DNA from: Coleofasciculus chthonoplastes F2-STO-03
GTDB taxonomy: Bacteria > Cyanobacteriota > Cyanobacteriia > Cyanobacteriales > Coleofasciculaceae
Direction: 5' to 3'
Assembly (NCBI GenBank): GCA_040222015.1
Contig: JAVJWO010000045.1
Span: 1-59,884 of the forward strand
DNA length: 59,884 bases
Below, piece after piece: positions 28,402 to 38,302 of this stretch; within the stretch, counting starts at the first letter, position 1, and every line of letters begins with the position of its first letter. Position numbers and translations under genes: made by a program. The notes under the pieces are model-generated. The model was not told the DNA's origin and searched no databases. It saw nothing but the letters and a program-made list of their open reading frames with translations.

Positions 28402-28773
28402 TGATGTTGACCCTAAAAGCATCTCATCCGAATTTACACAACACGGATAGAAAAGTGAACGGATAGAAAAGTTCTGAATTTAGTGACCAAATTGGTGAAC
28501 CGCTAGAACAGGAATCCGAAGATGAATTCGTGAGACGCAGCAGCAATGCATTGAGGCAGATGCTTTATGAGAAGTTTGGTATCAAGAGTTAGGGCGATAC
28601 TCAAGCGATCCCACCTGCTGTTCACCTTAGCCAAACTTACACCACACAGGTAGAAAGGTGAGGAAGGCTTTGTGTGCGATCGCCTTTTGGGGTGTTACTG
28701 CAAGGTGATAGGTGGAGCGATTGGTGTTAAGTCGCTGTTAGACTGTTTAGTAAATTTGTGGGTATATTCAGAT

Positions 28774-30240
28774 ATGCTGTGGCAACCGATAGAAGATTTA
28801 ACATCAAACTGGCAAAATTTGGCTAGTTCTGAGTTGCCGCCCTTAGTAACTGTTTGGGATGAGCAAGCAGAACGCCTTCGCACATCTGGTGAGTTCAAAA
28901 CTTTCATGGATAGGCTACGCCGAGAGATAGCCATCGAAACTGGAATTATTGAGCGGTTATACACTATAGATCGAGGAATAACTCGCCTTTTAATTGAACA
29001 AGGAATTAACGAAGCTCTGATTCCTCATGGAGCTACAGATCGTCCTATACAACAAGTAGTGTCTTTAATTCAGGATCAGGAAGCTGCAATCGAAGGACTA
29101 TTTGATTTTGTAGGTGGACAGAGGACTTTATCGACATCTTATATAAAGCAATTACACCAGGTTCTAACTGAAAATCAAGATAGTGCAGAGGCATTAGATC
29201 CATTGACAGGAAAAATCATTCCTGTTCGTCTCATACGAGGTGACTGGAAGCGGCAACCTAACAATCCAATGAGACCAGATGGAACTATTCACGAGTACTG
29301 TCCTCCAGAACAAGTGGCATCGGAAATGGATAGATTGATTGGATTGCATCATCAACATCAAAACCAGAAAATTCCTCCTGAAATCGAGTCAGCTTGGTTA
29401 CATCATCGATTTACCCAAATTCATCCATTTCAAGATGGTAATGGTCGAGTTGCTCGATGTCTTGCTAGCTTAGTTTTTATTCAGGCTGGATGGTTTCCCC
29501 TGGTTCTTACCCGCGATGATCGTGCAGCTTACATTGCAGCTTCAGAGCAAGCAGATCACGGTAATTTACAAAGCTTAATCAATCTTTTTTCTAAGAGCCA
29601 AAAGCAAGCTTTTATCCGTAGTCTTGGCTTATCAGAACAAGTTTTATCAGAGACAAGACGTACTCAGATCATTATTGCTTCCATTGCTGAAAAGTTGAAG
29701 CAAAATCAGTCAGCATCTCTTCAAAAGCGAAATCTTAAAGTTGAAAAATTCGCTGCTAATTTATTTGACATTGCCTATATTCGTTTACAAGATGTTGCCA
29801 ATGAAATAAAACTATCTGTTCAAAATTTAGTAAGTAATGCTGATATTTTTACAATTTATGCTCCTGTTGGGGATGCTCGCTCATACTACCATCGTTACCA
29901 AATCGTAGAAACTGCTAAACAGTTAGGATACTTTGCCAATCTCCGTAGTTATCATACTTGGATGCAATTAGTTATTGATGTAGAAACATCAACGACTTTT
30001 TTGCTGTCATTTCATGTTCTGGGACATGAGTATCGCGGTTTACTTGTATGCTCTGCCTGTGCGTACCATAGAGATAATACAGAAGAAGGTGAGCGAAACA
30101 TTAGTGACATTCAAGCTTTATCAGATTCTCCATTCCAGTTCTCTTATGCTGATGATGAAGGCAATTTGATAGAGCGTTTTAAGCAGTGGCTAGAAGATGC
30201 AATTTTGACGGGTTTGGAATATTGGAACAAGAGTCTCTAA
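28774..30240 (+). CDS. Fic family protein (AMPylase) with an extended C-terminal domain
   Basis: HPFQDGNGRVAR catalytic motif; N-terminal ETGIIE autoinhibitory-like helix; start at MLWQPI preferred. Confidence 0.92.
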   Translation: MLWQPIEDLTSNWQNLASSELPPLVTVWDEQAERLRTSGEFKTFMDRLRREIAIETGIIERLYTIDRGITRLLIEQGINEALIPHGATDRPIQQVVSLIQDQEAAIEGLFDFVGGQRTLSTSYIKQLHQVLTENQDSAEALDPLTGKIIPVRLIRGDWKRQPNNPMRPDGTIHEYCPPEQVASEMDRLIGLHHQHQNQKIPPEIESAWLHHRFTQIHPFQDGNGRVARCLASLVFIQAGWFPLVLTRDDRAAYIAASEQADHGNLQSLINLFSKSQKQAFIRSLGLSEQVLSETRRTQIIIASIAEKLKQNQSASLQKRNLKVEKFAANLFDIAYIRLQDVANEIKLSVQNLVSNADIFTIYAPVGDARSYYHRYQIVETAKQLGYFANLRSYHTWMQLVIDVETSTTFLLSFHVLGHEYRGLLVCSACAYHRDNTEEGERNISDIQALSDSPFQFSYADDEGNLIERFKQWLEDAILTGLEYWNKSL

Positions 30241-30245
30241 TTTGG

Positions 30246-30325
30246 GTAGGGGCGCACCGACGTGCGCCCTCCAAGGTTGCGGTTCTAGCCGATAGTTTGA
30301 TGGGCGTATGCCAGGAAGCCCCTAC
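30246..30325. repeat. REP doublet, GTAGGGGCG family
   Basis: GTAGGGGCGCAC-CGAC-GTGCGCCC and GGGCGTATGCCAGGAAGCCCCTAC. Confidence 0.7.
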
Positions 30326-30353
30326 AGTCAGGTTGTTTTGTAATATAGGAAGA

Positions 30354-30565
30354 CTTGATGTGTGATCGCACTCTCCATCCCAAAACACGCGATCGCACTC
30401 CCTCTTTTTGTCTTACTCTATCCTTTTTGCTGTCAAGTCTTGAGACAACCCGATGAACTGATACCGCCTCAATCGATATCGTCGGGTAAGTCATTGATTG
30501 AGAGTCCCCCCTGTTCCAATAAAGCTTGTAGCCGCTTTATTTGGGAAAAAGTGAACTTAATGCGC
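30354..30565 (+). repeat. Long direct repeat right of the Fic gene (includes boundary repeat copy 4)
   Basis: Homologous to 28167-28401. Confidence 0.9.
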
Positions 30566-30777
30566 CGTCCTCAGCCTTGACATCTTCAGTATTTACGTCT
30601 TCAAATGAAGGTACAACAAGCTCTATCACATACTCGAACATAGTTTTCTTCAGACCGCTCGCTATATATAGTCATCTGTTTAGGTGCAATCTCTGTGGTC
30701 TAACTTAGTCTTTGAGAGTTACACCAATTCCTCTGTTTCAATTGCTCACAACAGTTTAAACCTAAGCTTTACTTTCC

Positions 30778-31179
30778 CTAGATAAAAAGTGCTGGAGAAA
30801 CGTGAAAAAACTCTCCCAGAGCTTTAGCTTGGGCTTTGCTAATTGACCTTTTGCCATTAACTATCTCTGAAACAATACCCTTTGAACCTATAACTCCAAC
30901 TAAATCTGACTGCTTAAGCTCTCGCGCATCCATAAGATGCAACAAAATATTCTGTGGAGATGATGGTTCTACAGGAAACTGAGAATCTTCATAAATTTCA
31001 ACAAGGATAGACAGCAATTCCAGCAGTGAATTTTCCTCTGGAGTAAGTTCTTCTCCACGTACCATCATTTGCTCTATTGATTCAATAGTATGATTGTACT
31101 CATCTTCGGAAGCAATGATTTTAGGTTGGTATGCTGCTAGGAGAGAACCGTAAGTTTTGTTGTCCAGAATGATAGCCAT
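30778..31179 (-). CDS. HigA-type HTH antitoxin
   Basis: PKII..EDEY, LLELLSILVE.YE, LKQSDL..VIGSKG.VSEIVNGKRSISK.QAKAL. Confidence 0.9.
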   Translation of the reverse strand: MAIILDNKTYGSLLAAYQPKIIASEDEYNHTIESIEQMMVRGEELTPEENSLLELLSILVEIYEDSQFPVEPSSPQNILLHLMDARELKQSDLVGVIGSKGIVSEIVNGKRSISKAQAKALGEFFHVSPALFI

Positions 31180-31259
31180 GATTGAATAAGTATTATTAGT
31201 CAAGGAAAGTTTCGACATTGTGTAGGCAGGGAGGTTAGCACTCCCCGCCAGTATCTCAG

Positions 31260-31583
31260 TTACGGGGTTTTATTAGATTGCTTTTTAAAATAAGGATCAT
31301 CTTTCCATTTTTCAGCTTCATATTCATCATGACTTAGGAGATATTTGTAATAAAATATTTGAGCTTGAAAATTAAAACCTACAATCAAGCGATATGTTTT
31401 GATATTAAAAATTAGAAAATTTTCTACTTGGTCTACGGATCTATTATAAGTTTTACGTATATCATCTAGATGTTGCCACTTGGCTTTTTGAACTACATCA
31501 CACCATGCTTTAACTGCTTCCTGTATATTTGGTGGAAATTTTTTAGAATCTTCCATAACATTCGGCCTTTTGATTAATCGCAT
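31260..31583 (-). CDS. HigB family toxin
   Basis: W...V.KAKW...DI...Y..D, IFNIK..YRLIV, L.HDEY...KW. Confidence 0.88.
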   Translation of the reverse strand: MRLIKRPNVMEDSKKFPPNIQEAVKAWCDVVQKAKWQHLDDIRKTYNRSVDQVENFLIFNIKTYRLIVGFNFQAQIFYYKYLLSHDEYEAEKWKDDPYFKKQSNKTP

Positions 31584-31611
31584 AGGCTACTATGAGTCTG
31601 TACTTCTTAAT

Positions 31612-31628
31612 GTTCTCATATTGAGAAC
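31612..31628. promoter_or_regulatory. Putative HigA operator
   Basis: Perfect GTTCTCA-TAT-TGAGAAC upstream of higB, next to a minus-strand TTGACA (31634-31639). Confidence 0.6.
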
Positions 31629-31793
31629 CAATATGTCAACCCTTACCTTATAAGAGTAAAAGGATCTGACGATCAAGCTTTTATGGAGAGGCGATCGCAC
31701 CCCACACCCCACCCAATCCCCCCTTCCCACATAACCCGGACAGCCAATAGTCTAGACTGAGAGATCGATCATCACAAAAAAGGGAACCTAACG

Positions 31794-33599
31794 ATGCGAC
31801 TCTCTCAAATGCTACTCGTCACCCTCCGGGAAGACCCAGCCGAAGCCGAAATCCCCAGCCATAAACTCCTGGTTCGCGCCGGCTATATCCGTCGCATCGG
31901 TAGCGGAATCTACGCTTATCTCCCCCTGATGTGGCGCGTCTTACAAAAAGTCTCCCAAATCGTTCGGGAAGAAATGAACGCCACCGGTGCCCAAGAATGC
32001 TTACTTCCCCAACTCCAACCCTCAGACCTGTGGCGAGAATCCGGACGCTGGGACACCTATACTAAAGCAGAGGGGATCATGTTCGCCCTCACCGATCGCC
32101 AAAACCGAGAACTCGGACTCGGACCAACTCACGAAGAGGTAATCACCACCATCGCCCGTGAAATGATCCGTTCCTATCGCCAACTTCCTCTCCACCTCTA
32201 CCAAATTCAAACCAAGTTTAGAGATGAAATCCGCCCTCGGTTTGGACTAATGCGGGGACGAGAATTCATTATGAAAGACGGCTACTCCTTCCACGCCGAT
32301 GAAGAAAGCCTGAAAAAAACCTATCAGGACATGGATCAAGCCTATCGCAACATGATCAGCCGTTGCGGTTTAGCCTTTCGCGCCGTGGAAGCTGATCCTG
32401 GCGCAATTGGCGGTTCCGGTTCCCAAGAATTTATGATTCTGGCGGATATTGGGGAAGATGAGATTCTCTACACCGAAGATGGGAACTATTCTGCCAATGT
32501 GGAAAAAGCCAGTTGCCTCCCGGCTGATCCTCAACCGTCTCCCTTTGAGACTTACGAAAAACGGGAAACCCCCAACACACCCACCATCGACTCCCTCTGT
32601 CAATTCCTCAACTGTTCGCCAACCAATGTCTTGAAAAACGTCCTCTATCAAGCCGTTTATGACAATGGGATGACAGTACTGGTAATCATCAGTATCCGAG
32701 GCGATCAAGAGGTTAACGAGGTGAAGCTGCAAAATGAATTAATTCGTTTAGCCGATCGCTATAAAGCCAACGCCCTCATCGCCCTAACCGTTCCCGACGC
32801 CACTACCCAGGCAAAATGGGCGTCTAAACCCCTCCCTGTCGGCTATATCGCCCCAGATTTAGAGGATGATTACATCCGCCCCAGTAGCGATGTAGCCCCC
32901 CAATTTTTACGCTTAGTCGATAATACAGGGGTTGACCTGAAAAAGTTTGTCACTGGGGCAAACGAAACCAATTATCACGTCGTTGGTGCGAATTGGGGTG
33001 AACCCTTCCCCTTACCTAAACAGGTGGTAGATTTGCGGACAGCCAAAGCAGGCGATCGCGCGATTCATGATTCTAGCCAAATTCTACACAGCGCCAGGGG
33101 AATTGAAGCCGGACATATCTTTCAGTTAGGCACTAAATATTCTAAAGCCATGGGTGCGACGTACACCAACGAAGCTGGCGAAGAAAATCCCCTTTATATG
33201 GGATGTTATGGTGTAGGCGTATCGCGACTGGCGCAAGCCGCCGTGGAACAATCCTATGATCAGGATGGAATTATTTGGTCACCCGCGATCGCACCCTACC
33301 ACGCGATTATTACCGTTCCCAATATCTCCGACACCAAACAGATGGAAGCCGCCGAGACACTTTACCAACAGTTATGGCAAGCTGGTGTAGAAACTCTACT
33401 CGATGACCGGAATGAACGGGCGGGAGTCAAGTTCAAAGACGCCGATCTGATTGGCATTCCCTATCGCATTGTCACTGGGCGATCGCTGAAACAGGGTAAA
33501 GTGGAAGTTGCAGTGCGGGCAACGCACCAGTCTCAAGAATTGCCCCTGGATCAGGTGGTTTCTACGCTTAAACAATGGCTTGATGCGGCATTAACGTAA
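31794..33599 (+). CDS. proS: Proline--tRNA ligase
   Basis: [39 protein letters not shown]; editing insertion domain present. Confidence 0.99.
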   Translation: MRLSQMLLVTLREDPAEAEIPSHKLLVRAGYIRRIGSGIYAYLPLMWRVLQKVSQIVREEMNATGAQECLLPQLQPSDLWRESGRWDTYTKAEGIMFALTDRQNRELGLGPTHEEVITTIAREMIRSYRQLPLHLYQIQTKFRDEIRPRFGLMRGREFIMKDGYSFHADEESLKKTYQDMDQAYRNMISRCGLAFRAVEADPGAIGGSGSQEFMILADIGEDEILYTEDGNYSANVEKASCLPADPQPSPFETYEKRETPNTPTIDSLCQFLNCSPTNVLKNVLYQAVYDNGMTVLVIISIRGDQEVNEVKLQNELIRLADRYKANALIALTVPDATTQAKWASKPLPVGYIAPDLEDDYIRPSSDVAPQFLRLVDNTGVDLKKFVTGANETNYHVVGANWGEPFPLPKQVVDLRTAKAGDRAIHDSSQILHSARGIEAGHIFQLGTKYSKAMGATYTNEAGEENPLYMGCYGVGVSRLAQAAVEQSYDQDGIIWSPAIAPYHAIITVPNISDTKQMEAAETLYQQLWQAGVETLLDDRNERAGVKFKDADLIGIPYRIVTGRSLKQGKVEVAVRATHQSQELPLDQVVSTLKQWLDAALT

Positions 33600-33619
33600 C
33601 CTCCCCGATTAATACTGAA

Positions 33620-35158
33620 ATGAATAAGGCAGCACTGACTCGATTCATCATAGTGGCGATTTATGGTTCTGCCTTTATGGGTGTAATTTTGGGTCTAGTC
33701 GGTGGATTTCAGACAGGGATTGCCTGTACTGCCATTGTTTTTTTCTCTATCCTTGCCTATAAGTATCCCCGCCTCGGATTATGGGGACTGCTAATCTATC
33801 TTCCCTTCAGCGGGAGCATTATTTATTCTATCGGTGATGTTTACCAATCCATGGGTGAGAGCATCGCCTACTCCGGGAATCATCCCCTCTTTCATTTAAT
33901 TAAAGATGCATTTTACCTTCCCGCCTTAATTGCCCTGATTCAGTCGCGGGATTCGTTCTGGAAACTGCTACCGCGATCGATTCTTAAACCTTTATTGATC
34001 GCGATCGCGGTTGTGCTAGGGGTGGCGTTAATGACGTTCCTGTTGATTAATGTACCCCAGGAGTTTGATCCCCAGCTTAAAGGAAGCCCGTTTCTGATGG
34101 GAATTCTAGGGTTAAAAGGGCTGGTGGGGTATATTCCCTTACTCTTCTGTGGGTATTATCTGATTCGCGATCGCACGGATTTATTTTTCCTAACTCGCTT
34201 GCACCTGATTGTGATCCTCATCTGCTGTAGCTTGGCGTTCCTCCAATACCTGTGGCTGGTTACTGGTTTATGTCCCAGTAGCAATAGTTTGACCGGAGAA
34301 GCTGTCTACCGAGCCAGTTTACAGGCAAGATGTTTAGTTGGCGGTTCTCTGTTATACAATCCTCAAGTCGGGTTAATTCGTTTACCCGGTACATTTGTCG
34401 CGCCCTGGCAATGGGGATGGTTTCTGATTTCCAGCGCTTTTTTCACTTATGGGGCGAGTGTTAGTGATCCGTCTCGTCGTTGGCGACTCGTGGGATGGGT
34501 GGCGATGGTTGCTGTCTTGGCAGTAGCGGTCATTTCAGGTCAACGCATTGCCCTCGCGATCGTTCCGGCGACGTTTGTTCTGTTAGTATTACTCACAGAT
34601 CAGCATAAGGTATGGCTCCCGATTAAATTAGGAATTGGGGTGCTTTTAGCGATTTGGATTACTCGAACGTTAGGGAAGGTAGAAGAACGAGTGATTAGTT
34701 TAGTTGATCGCTGGGAGGCGTCTCCACCGCCTACGTTTATGCTGGATCAATTTAAGTGGGTATTGAGTAGACAAGAGGGATTATTAGGACATGGTTTAGG
34801 ACGAGCCACTAATGCTGCCCGTCGCCTAGGAGAAACTCAACTGATTGAAACCTATTATGCCAAATTGTTGTACGAAATTGGTCCGATTGGGGTTTTGGCT
34901 TTTCTGGCGCTGGTATCTTTGCTGACGTTTCTGACGTTTAAGGCATATCGGTCAGTTCAAGATGCTTCTTTACAACGCTTAGGGTTGTGTCTTTGGGTCT
35001 TTGTTTTGTTTATTAGTTATAACACCTATTATTATCCCCTGGCTGTCGATCCCGTAGAGGTTTATTATTGGTTTTTTGCGGGGGTTTTGCTCAAGTTACC
35101 GCGACTTGATGATCCGGTAGGTTCTGAAACACTACTTTTTGATCACAAAGACGCTTAG
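33620..35158 (+). CDS. hpsL: HpsL-like hormogonium polysaccharide biosynthesis protein (O-antigen ligase/polymerase-like membrane protein)
   Basis: Multi-TM; GGSLLY.P..G.IRLPGTFVAPWQW.WFLIS and SYNTYYYPLAVDP motifs; may be a paralogue. Confidence 0.7.
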   Translation: MNKAALTRFIIVAIYGSAFMGVILGLVGGFQTGIACTAIVFFSILAYKYPRLGLWGLLIYLPFSGSIIYSIGDVYQSMGESIAYSGNHPLFHLIKDAFYLPALIALIQSRDSFWKLLPRSILKPLLIAIAVVLGVALMTFLLINVPQEFDPQLKGSPFLMGILGLKGLVGYIPLLFCGYYLIRDRTDLFFLTRLHLIVILICCSLAFLQYLWLVTGLCPSSNSLTGEAVYRASLQARCLVGGSLLYNPQVGLIRLPGTFVAPWQWGWFLISSAFFTYGASVSDPSRRWRLVGWVAMVAVLAVAVISGQRIALAIVPATFVLLVLLTDQHKVWLPIKLGIGVLLAIWITRTLGKVEERVISLVDRWEASPPPTFMLDQFKWVLSRQEGLLGHGLGRATNAARRLGETQLIETYYAKLLYEIGPIGVLAFLALVSLLTFLTFKAYRSVQDASLQRLGLCLWVFVLFISYNTYYYPLAVDPVEVYYWFFAGVLLKLPRLDDPVGSETLLFDHKDA

Positions 35159-35235
35159 CCTAGAATACAGGGTAGGGCGCACGGGGCGTGTAGCTAACTT
35201 TTCACGGTATCTGGCGCAACGTGAGTGTTACGTGT

Positions 35236-35298
35236 GTAGGGGCGGGTTTCACTACTATCTTTTCGGTTGCACCCAGATGTAACTAAACCCGCCCCTAC
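35236..35298 (+). repeat. REPIN, GTAGGGGCGGGTTT family
   Basis: GTAGGGGCGGGTTT...AAACCCGCCCCTAC; related to 4049-4107, 11480-11538 and 47796-47856. Confidence 0.85.
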
Positions 35299-35582
35299 TC
35301 AGGTTTCTAGAGTACTGGATATGATATAACTGTGAGTATTACCGGGGTTTGAAAACTTGCCAAAGAATAAAAATAGTAAAGCCGATATAGCCACACACGA
35401 CGCTCCAATCTTGCCAATTATTAGAATTTGTGAAACCGTTATTACCCATTTTGATTTTCGATTTTAGTTTGAATTAAGCGACAGGGCGACCCGAGTTTAT
35501 TGAGTGGATTGGGGCTGTTCATTGATATCAGCTGATTGTATCTAGACATTAGAACTTTTTTTGCCGCAAACTGTTTTTATAT

Positions 35583-35882
35583 CTAAAAGAAACTACAAAT
35601 AAACTCTCCAGCGCCATCTGGTTCAAATGAAACAACCACTCCATCTTGGCGAACCCGGGTGCGATCGCGACAATTATATACCTCGACTGGGCGTTTTACT
35701 CCATCAATACTCACAGCGGCTCGATACCGCCAATAATACTTAGCGGAGCGCTTGATACTTAGAATACAAATATTGTGATCCTTGATTGTGCGACACACCG
35801 ACGCCTCAGCCGGAAATGCTACAACCCACAGTATTGCAAGTATTCCCAGTAAAACACTCCATTTTACTTTGTCATTGGTCAT
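35583..35882 (-). CDS. Small secreted conserved cyanobacterial protein
   Basis: Signal peptide ending AEA; CR...ICILSIKRSAKYYW.YRA...YNCR with paired Cys. Start codon uncertain. Confidence 0.7.
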   Translation of the reverse strand: MTNDKVKWSVLLGILAILWVVAFPAEASVCRTIKDHNICILSIKRSAKYYWRYRAAVSIDGVKRPVEVYNCRDRTRVRQDGVVVSFEPDGAGEFICSFF

Positions 35883-35900
35883 TGGTCATTGGTCAAGGTG

Positions 35901-36035
35901 TAGTGGCGTGACCCACCTAAAATGGTGAAATAGATTTGGTTCGTAGTGAGGGCTTTAGCCCTCTCCAGCTAGGCGTTAAAGCACTCTTCGTGCTTACTAC
36001 AAACAAAGTCCTATTTTAACCCGGTCACGCCAGTA
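35901..36035. mobile_element. MITE with imperfect ~25-bp TIRs and TA ends
   Basis: Left TAGTGGCGTGACCCACCTAAAATGG; right reverse complement TACTGGCGTGACCGGGTTAAAATAG. Confidence 0.75.
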
Positions 36036-36172
36036 GGGTGCGTAAGCGTAACGCACCATTTCAAAAGATAGTAGTGAAACCCGCCCCTACACAATTTCCC
36101 CTATCTCCCAGACGTTCCACCGGAACGTCTCTACAACCACAGCTCCCCCTGCTCCCTCATCTCCCAGCGCTT

Positions 36173-36191
36173 TGATAGATGGGGATTATCA
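36173..36191. promoter_or_regulatory. Candidate LysR-type (NdhR/CcmR) operator
   Basis: TGATA-N9-TATCA palindrome containing T-N11-A, about 180 bp upstream of ndhF3, an operon classically controlled by NdhR. Confidence 0.5.
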
Positions 36192-36367
36192 CTTTGATTG
36201 TCAAATTGTCTAATTGCTTTGTTTGAACTTTACCCTCGACCCATTAAACTATACACTAAGCTTAGAAAACTTAAGAAAAATTAATCGTTAAGTAAAAATA
36301 CCTGTCTATCAGGGTTTCTTCAGGTTCAATACCACTGAAGAGGAAATTTGTATACCCCCACGAGGTC

Positions 36368-38236
36368 ATGTCAATGACTCAGTTTTTCCTTGACTCTGCC
36401 TGGTTAATTCCTTGCTATGCCCTATTAGGTGCAATTTTAGCCGTCCCTTGGTCTCCGGCGATTATCAATCGTACTGGACCTAGACCCGCAGGCTATATTA
36501 ATCTGTTGATGACCTTCATCGCTTTTTTGCATGGGTTGTTGGCATTACTCGCCATCTGGAATCAACCGGCTCAATCGGTTGTGATTCCCTGGCTACAAGT
36601 GGTTGATTTGGATTTATCCATTCCCCTAGAAATCTCAGCCGTCACGATTGGGGCGACAATGGTAATCACTGGGTTAAACTTCCTGGCACAAATTTATGCC
36701 ATTGGTTACCTAGAAACCGATTGGGGATGGGCGCGGTTCTATTCCTTTCTGGCATTGTTTGAAGCGGGAATATGCGCCCTTGTCCTTTGCGATTCCTTGT
36801 TTTTTAGCTACATTATCCTGGAAATTCTCACTCTGGGAACCTATCTTTTAGTCGGATTTTGGTTTAATCAATCCTTGGTGGTAACCGGTGCCAGAGATGC
36901 ATTCCTGACCAAACGGGTGGGAGATTTAGTCCTATTAATGGGGGTGATTAGTATCTATCCCCTGTCTAAAACCTGGGACTTTTCTCAATTGGCAGACTGG
37001 GCAAGTACCGCTAATCTTGATCCGAAAGTAGCCACATTGGTGGGTTTGGCATTAATTGCCGGTCCTATGGGTAAATGCGCCCAATTTCCCCTGCATTTGT
37101 GGCTAGATGAAGCTATGGAAGGACCAGTTCCCAGCACCATTTTACGGAATGCCGTGGTGGTTGGTACGGGGGCGTGGGTGTTGATTAAACTGCAACCCGT
37201 TATTGCTATATCTCCCGTTGCTGTATCCGCCATAATTTGGATTGGTGGAGTGACAGCCGTGGGTGGTACGATGGTCGCGATCGCACAAATCGATATTAAG
37301 CGTACTCTGTCCTATCTGGTAAGCGCTTATTTGGGATTGGTGTTTATTGCGGTGGGTACGGGACAAATCCAAACCGCCCTGTTATTAATGTTGACCTACG
37401 CCGTCGCCATGGGGTTATTGGTGATGAGTACAGGGGCGATTATTTGGAACAGTATTACTCAGGATGTGACTCAATTGGGCGGGTTATGGGCAAAACGCCC
37501 TGCTTGTGGGTTGTCTTACCTGGTGGGTGCGGCTGGATTGATTGCGGTTCCACCTTTGGGAGGATTTTGGGCGTTTTTACAGTTGGGAGATTCTTTGTTT
37601 ACCAATCACCCGAAACTCTTTGCCCTGTTGTTAGTGGTGAATGCTTTAGCCTCGTTTAGCCTATTCCGTGTCTTCGGTTTAGTCTTTGGTGGACAAGCTA
37701 AAGAAATGGCACAGCGATCGCCTGAGGTACATTGGCCCATGGTCTTCCCTATGATACTGCTGATGGGGTTTACGCTGCACGTTCCTTTACTCCTGGGGAC
37801 ATGGCAACTTTTACCGGAATGGGTAAGCCTGAATCCGACGGTGGCGGCTTCGCTGGTGTTGTCGAGTGCACTTGGTGGCGGTGCGGCGGCTTATATGTAT
37901 CTGAGTAGCCAGGTGGAAAAGCCGATTCGATTTGGTTCAAAGGACCTGCAAGACTTTTTTGCCTACGATTTATATACCCAAAAGTTGTATCGGGTAACGA
38001 TAGTGTTTCTGGTTGATTTGATTTCCAGAACGATTTCTTGGGTTGACCGCTATATCGTGGATGGTTTGGCTAATTTAGTCGCTTTTATGACGGTGTTTAG
38101 TGGGCAAAGCTTGAAGTATAATGTTTCGGGTCAAACCCAGTTTTATGCGTTGACTATTTTGTTGGGGGTGGCGTTATTGGGGTTTTTGTTGAGTTTGCCG
38201 ATTTTGTCGCGTCTTTCGTTGATTGTTGGTGGATGA
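36368..38236 (+). CDS. ndhF3: NDH-1 subunit F3 (CO2 uptake)
   Basis: RTGPRPAGY, DWGWARF, GKCAQFPLHLWLDEAMEGP; upstream of ndhD and cupA. Confidence 0.93.
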   Translation: MSMTQFFLDSAWLIPCYALLGAILAVPWSPAIINRTGPRPAGYINLLMTFIAFLHGLLALLAIWNQPAQSVVIPWLQVVDLDLSIPLEISAVTIGATMVITGLNFLAQIYAIGYLETDWGWARFYSFLALFEAGICALVLCDSLFFSYIILEILTLGTYLLVGFWFNQSLVVTGARDAFLTKRVGDLVLLMGVISIYPLSKTWDFSQLADWASTANLDPKVATLVGLALIAGPMGKCAQFPLHLWLDEAMEGPVPSTILRNAVVVGTGAWVLIKLQPVIAISPVAVSAIIWIGGVTAVGGTMVAIAQIDIKRTLSYLVSAYLGLVFIAVGTGQIQTALLLMLTYAVAMGLLVMSTGAIIWNSITQDVTQLGGLWAKRPACGLSYLVGAAGLIAVPPLGGFWAFLQLGDSLFTNHPKLFALLLVVNALASFSLFRVFGLVFGGQAKEMAQRSPEVHWPMVFPMILLMGFTLHVPLLLGTWQLLPEWVSLNPTVAASLVLSSALGGGAAAYMYLSSQVEKPIRFGSKDLQDFFAYDLYTQKLYRVTIVFLVDLISRTISWVDRYIVDGLANLVAFMTVFSGQSLKYNVSGQTQFYALTILLGVALLGFLLSLPILSRLSLIVGG

Positions 38237-38302
38237 TTTACGTTTTTGTCGGAGGTGTTGGTGGGGAAAGATGTGTTTTAAGTTGGGAAGTTTGACGGGA
38301 TT

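Noticed and set aside
28672..28773. N-terminal extension of Fic (MCDRLLG..)
   Set aside because: It starts inside an inverted HIP1 repeat; MLWQP at 28774 is more plausible.
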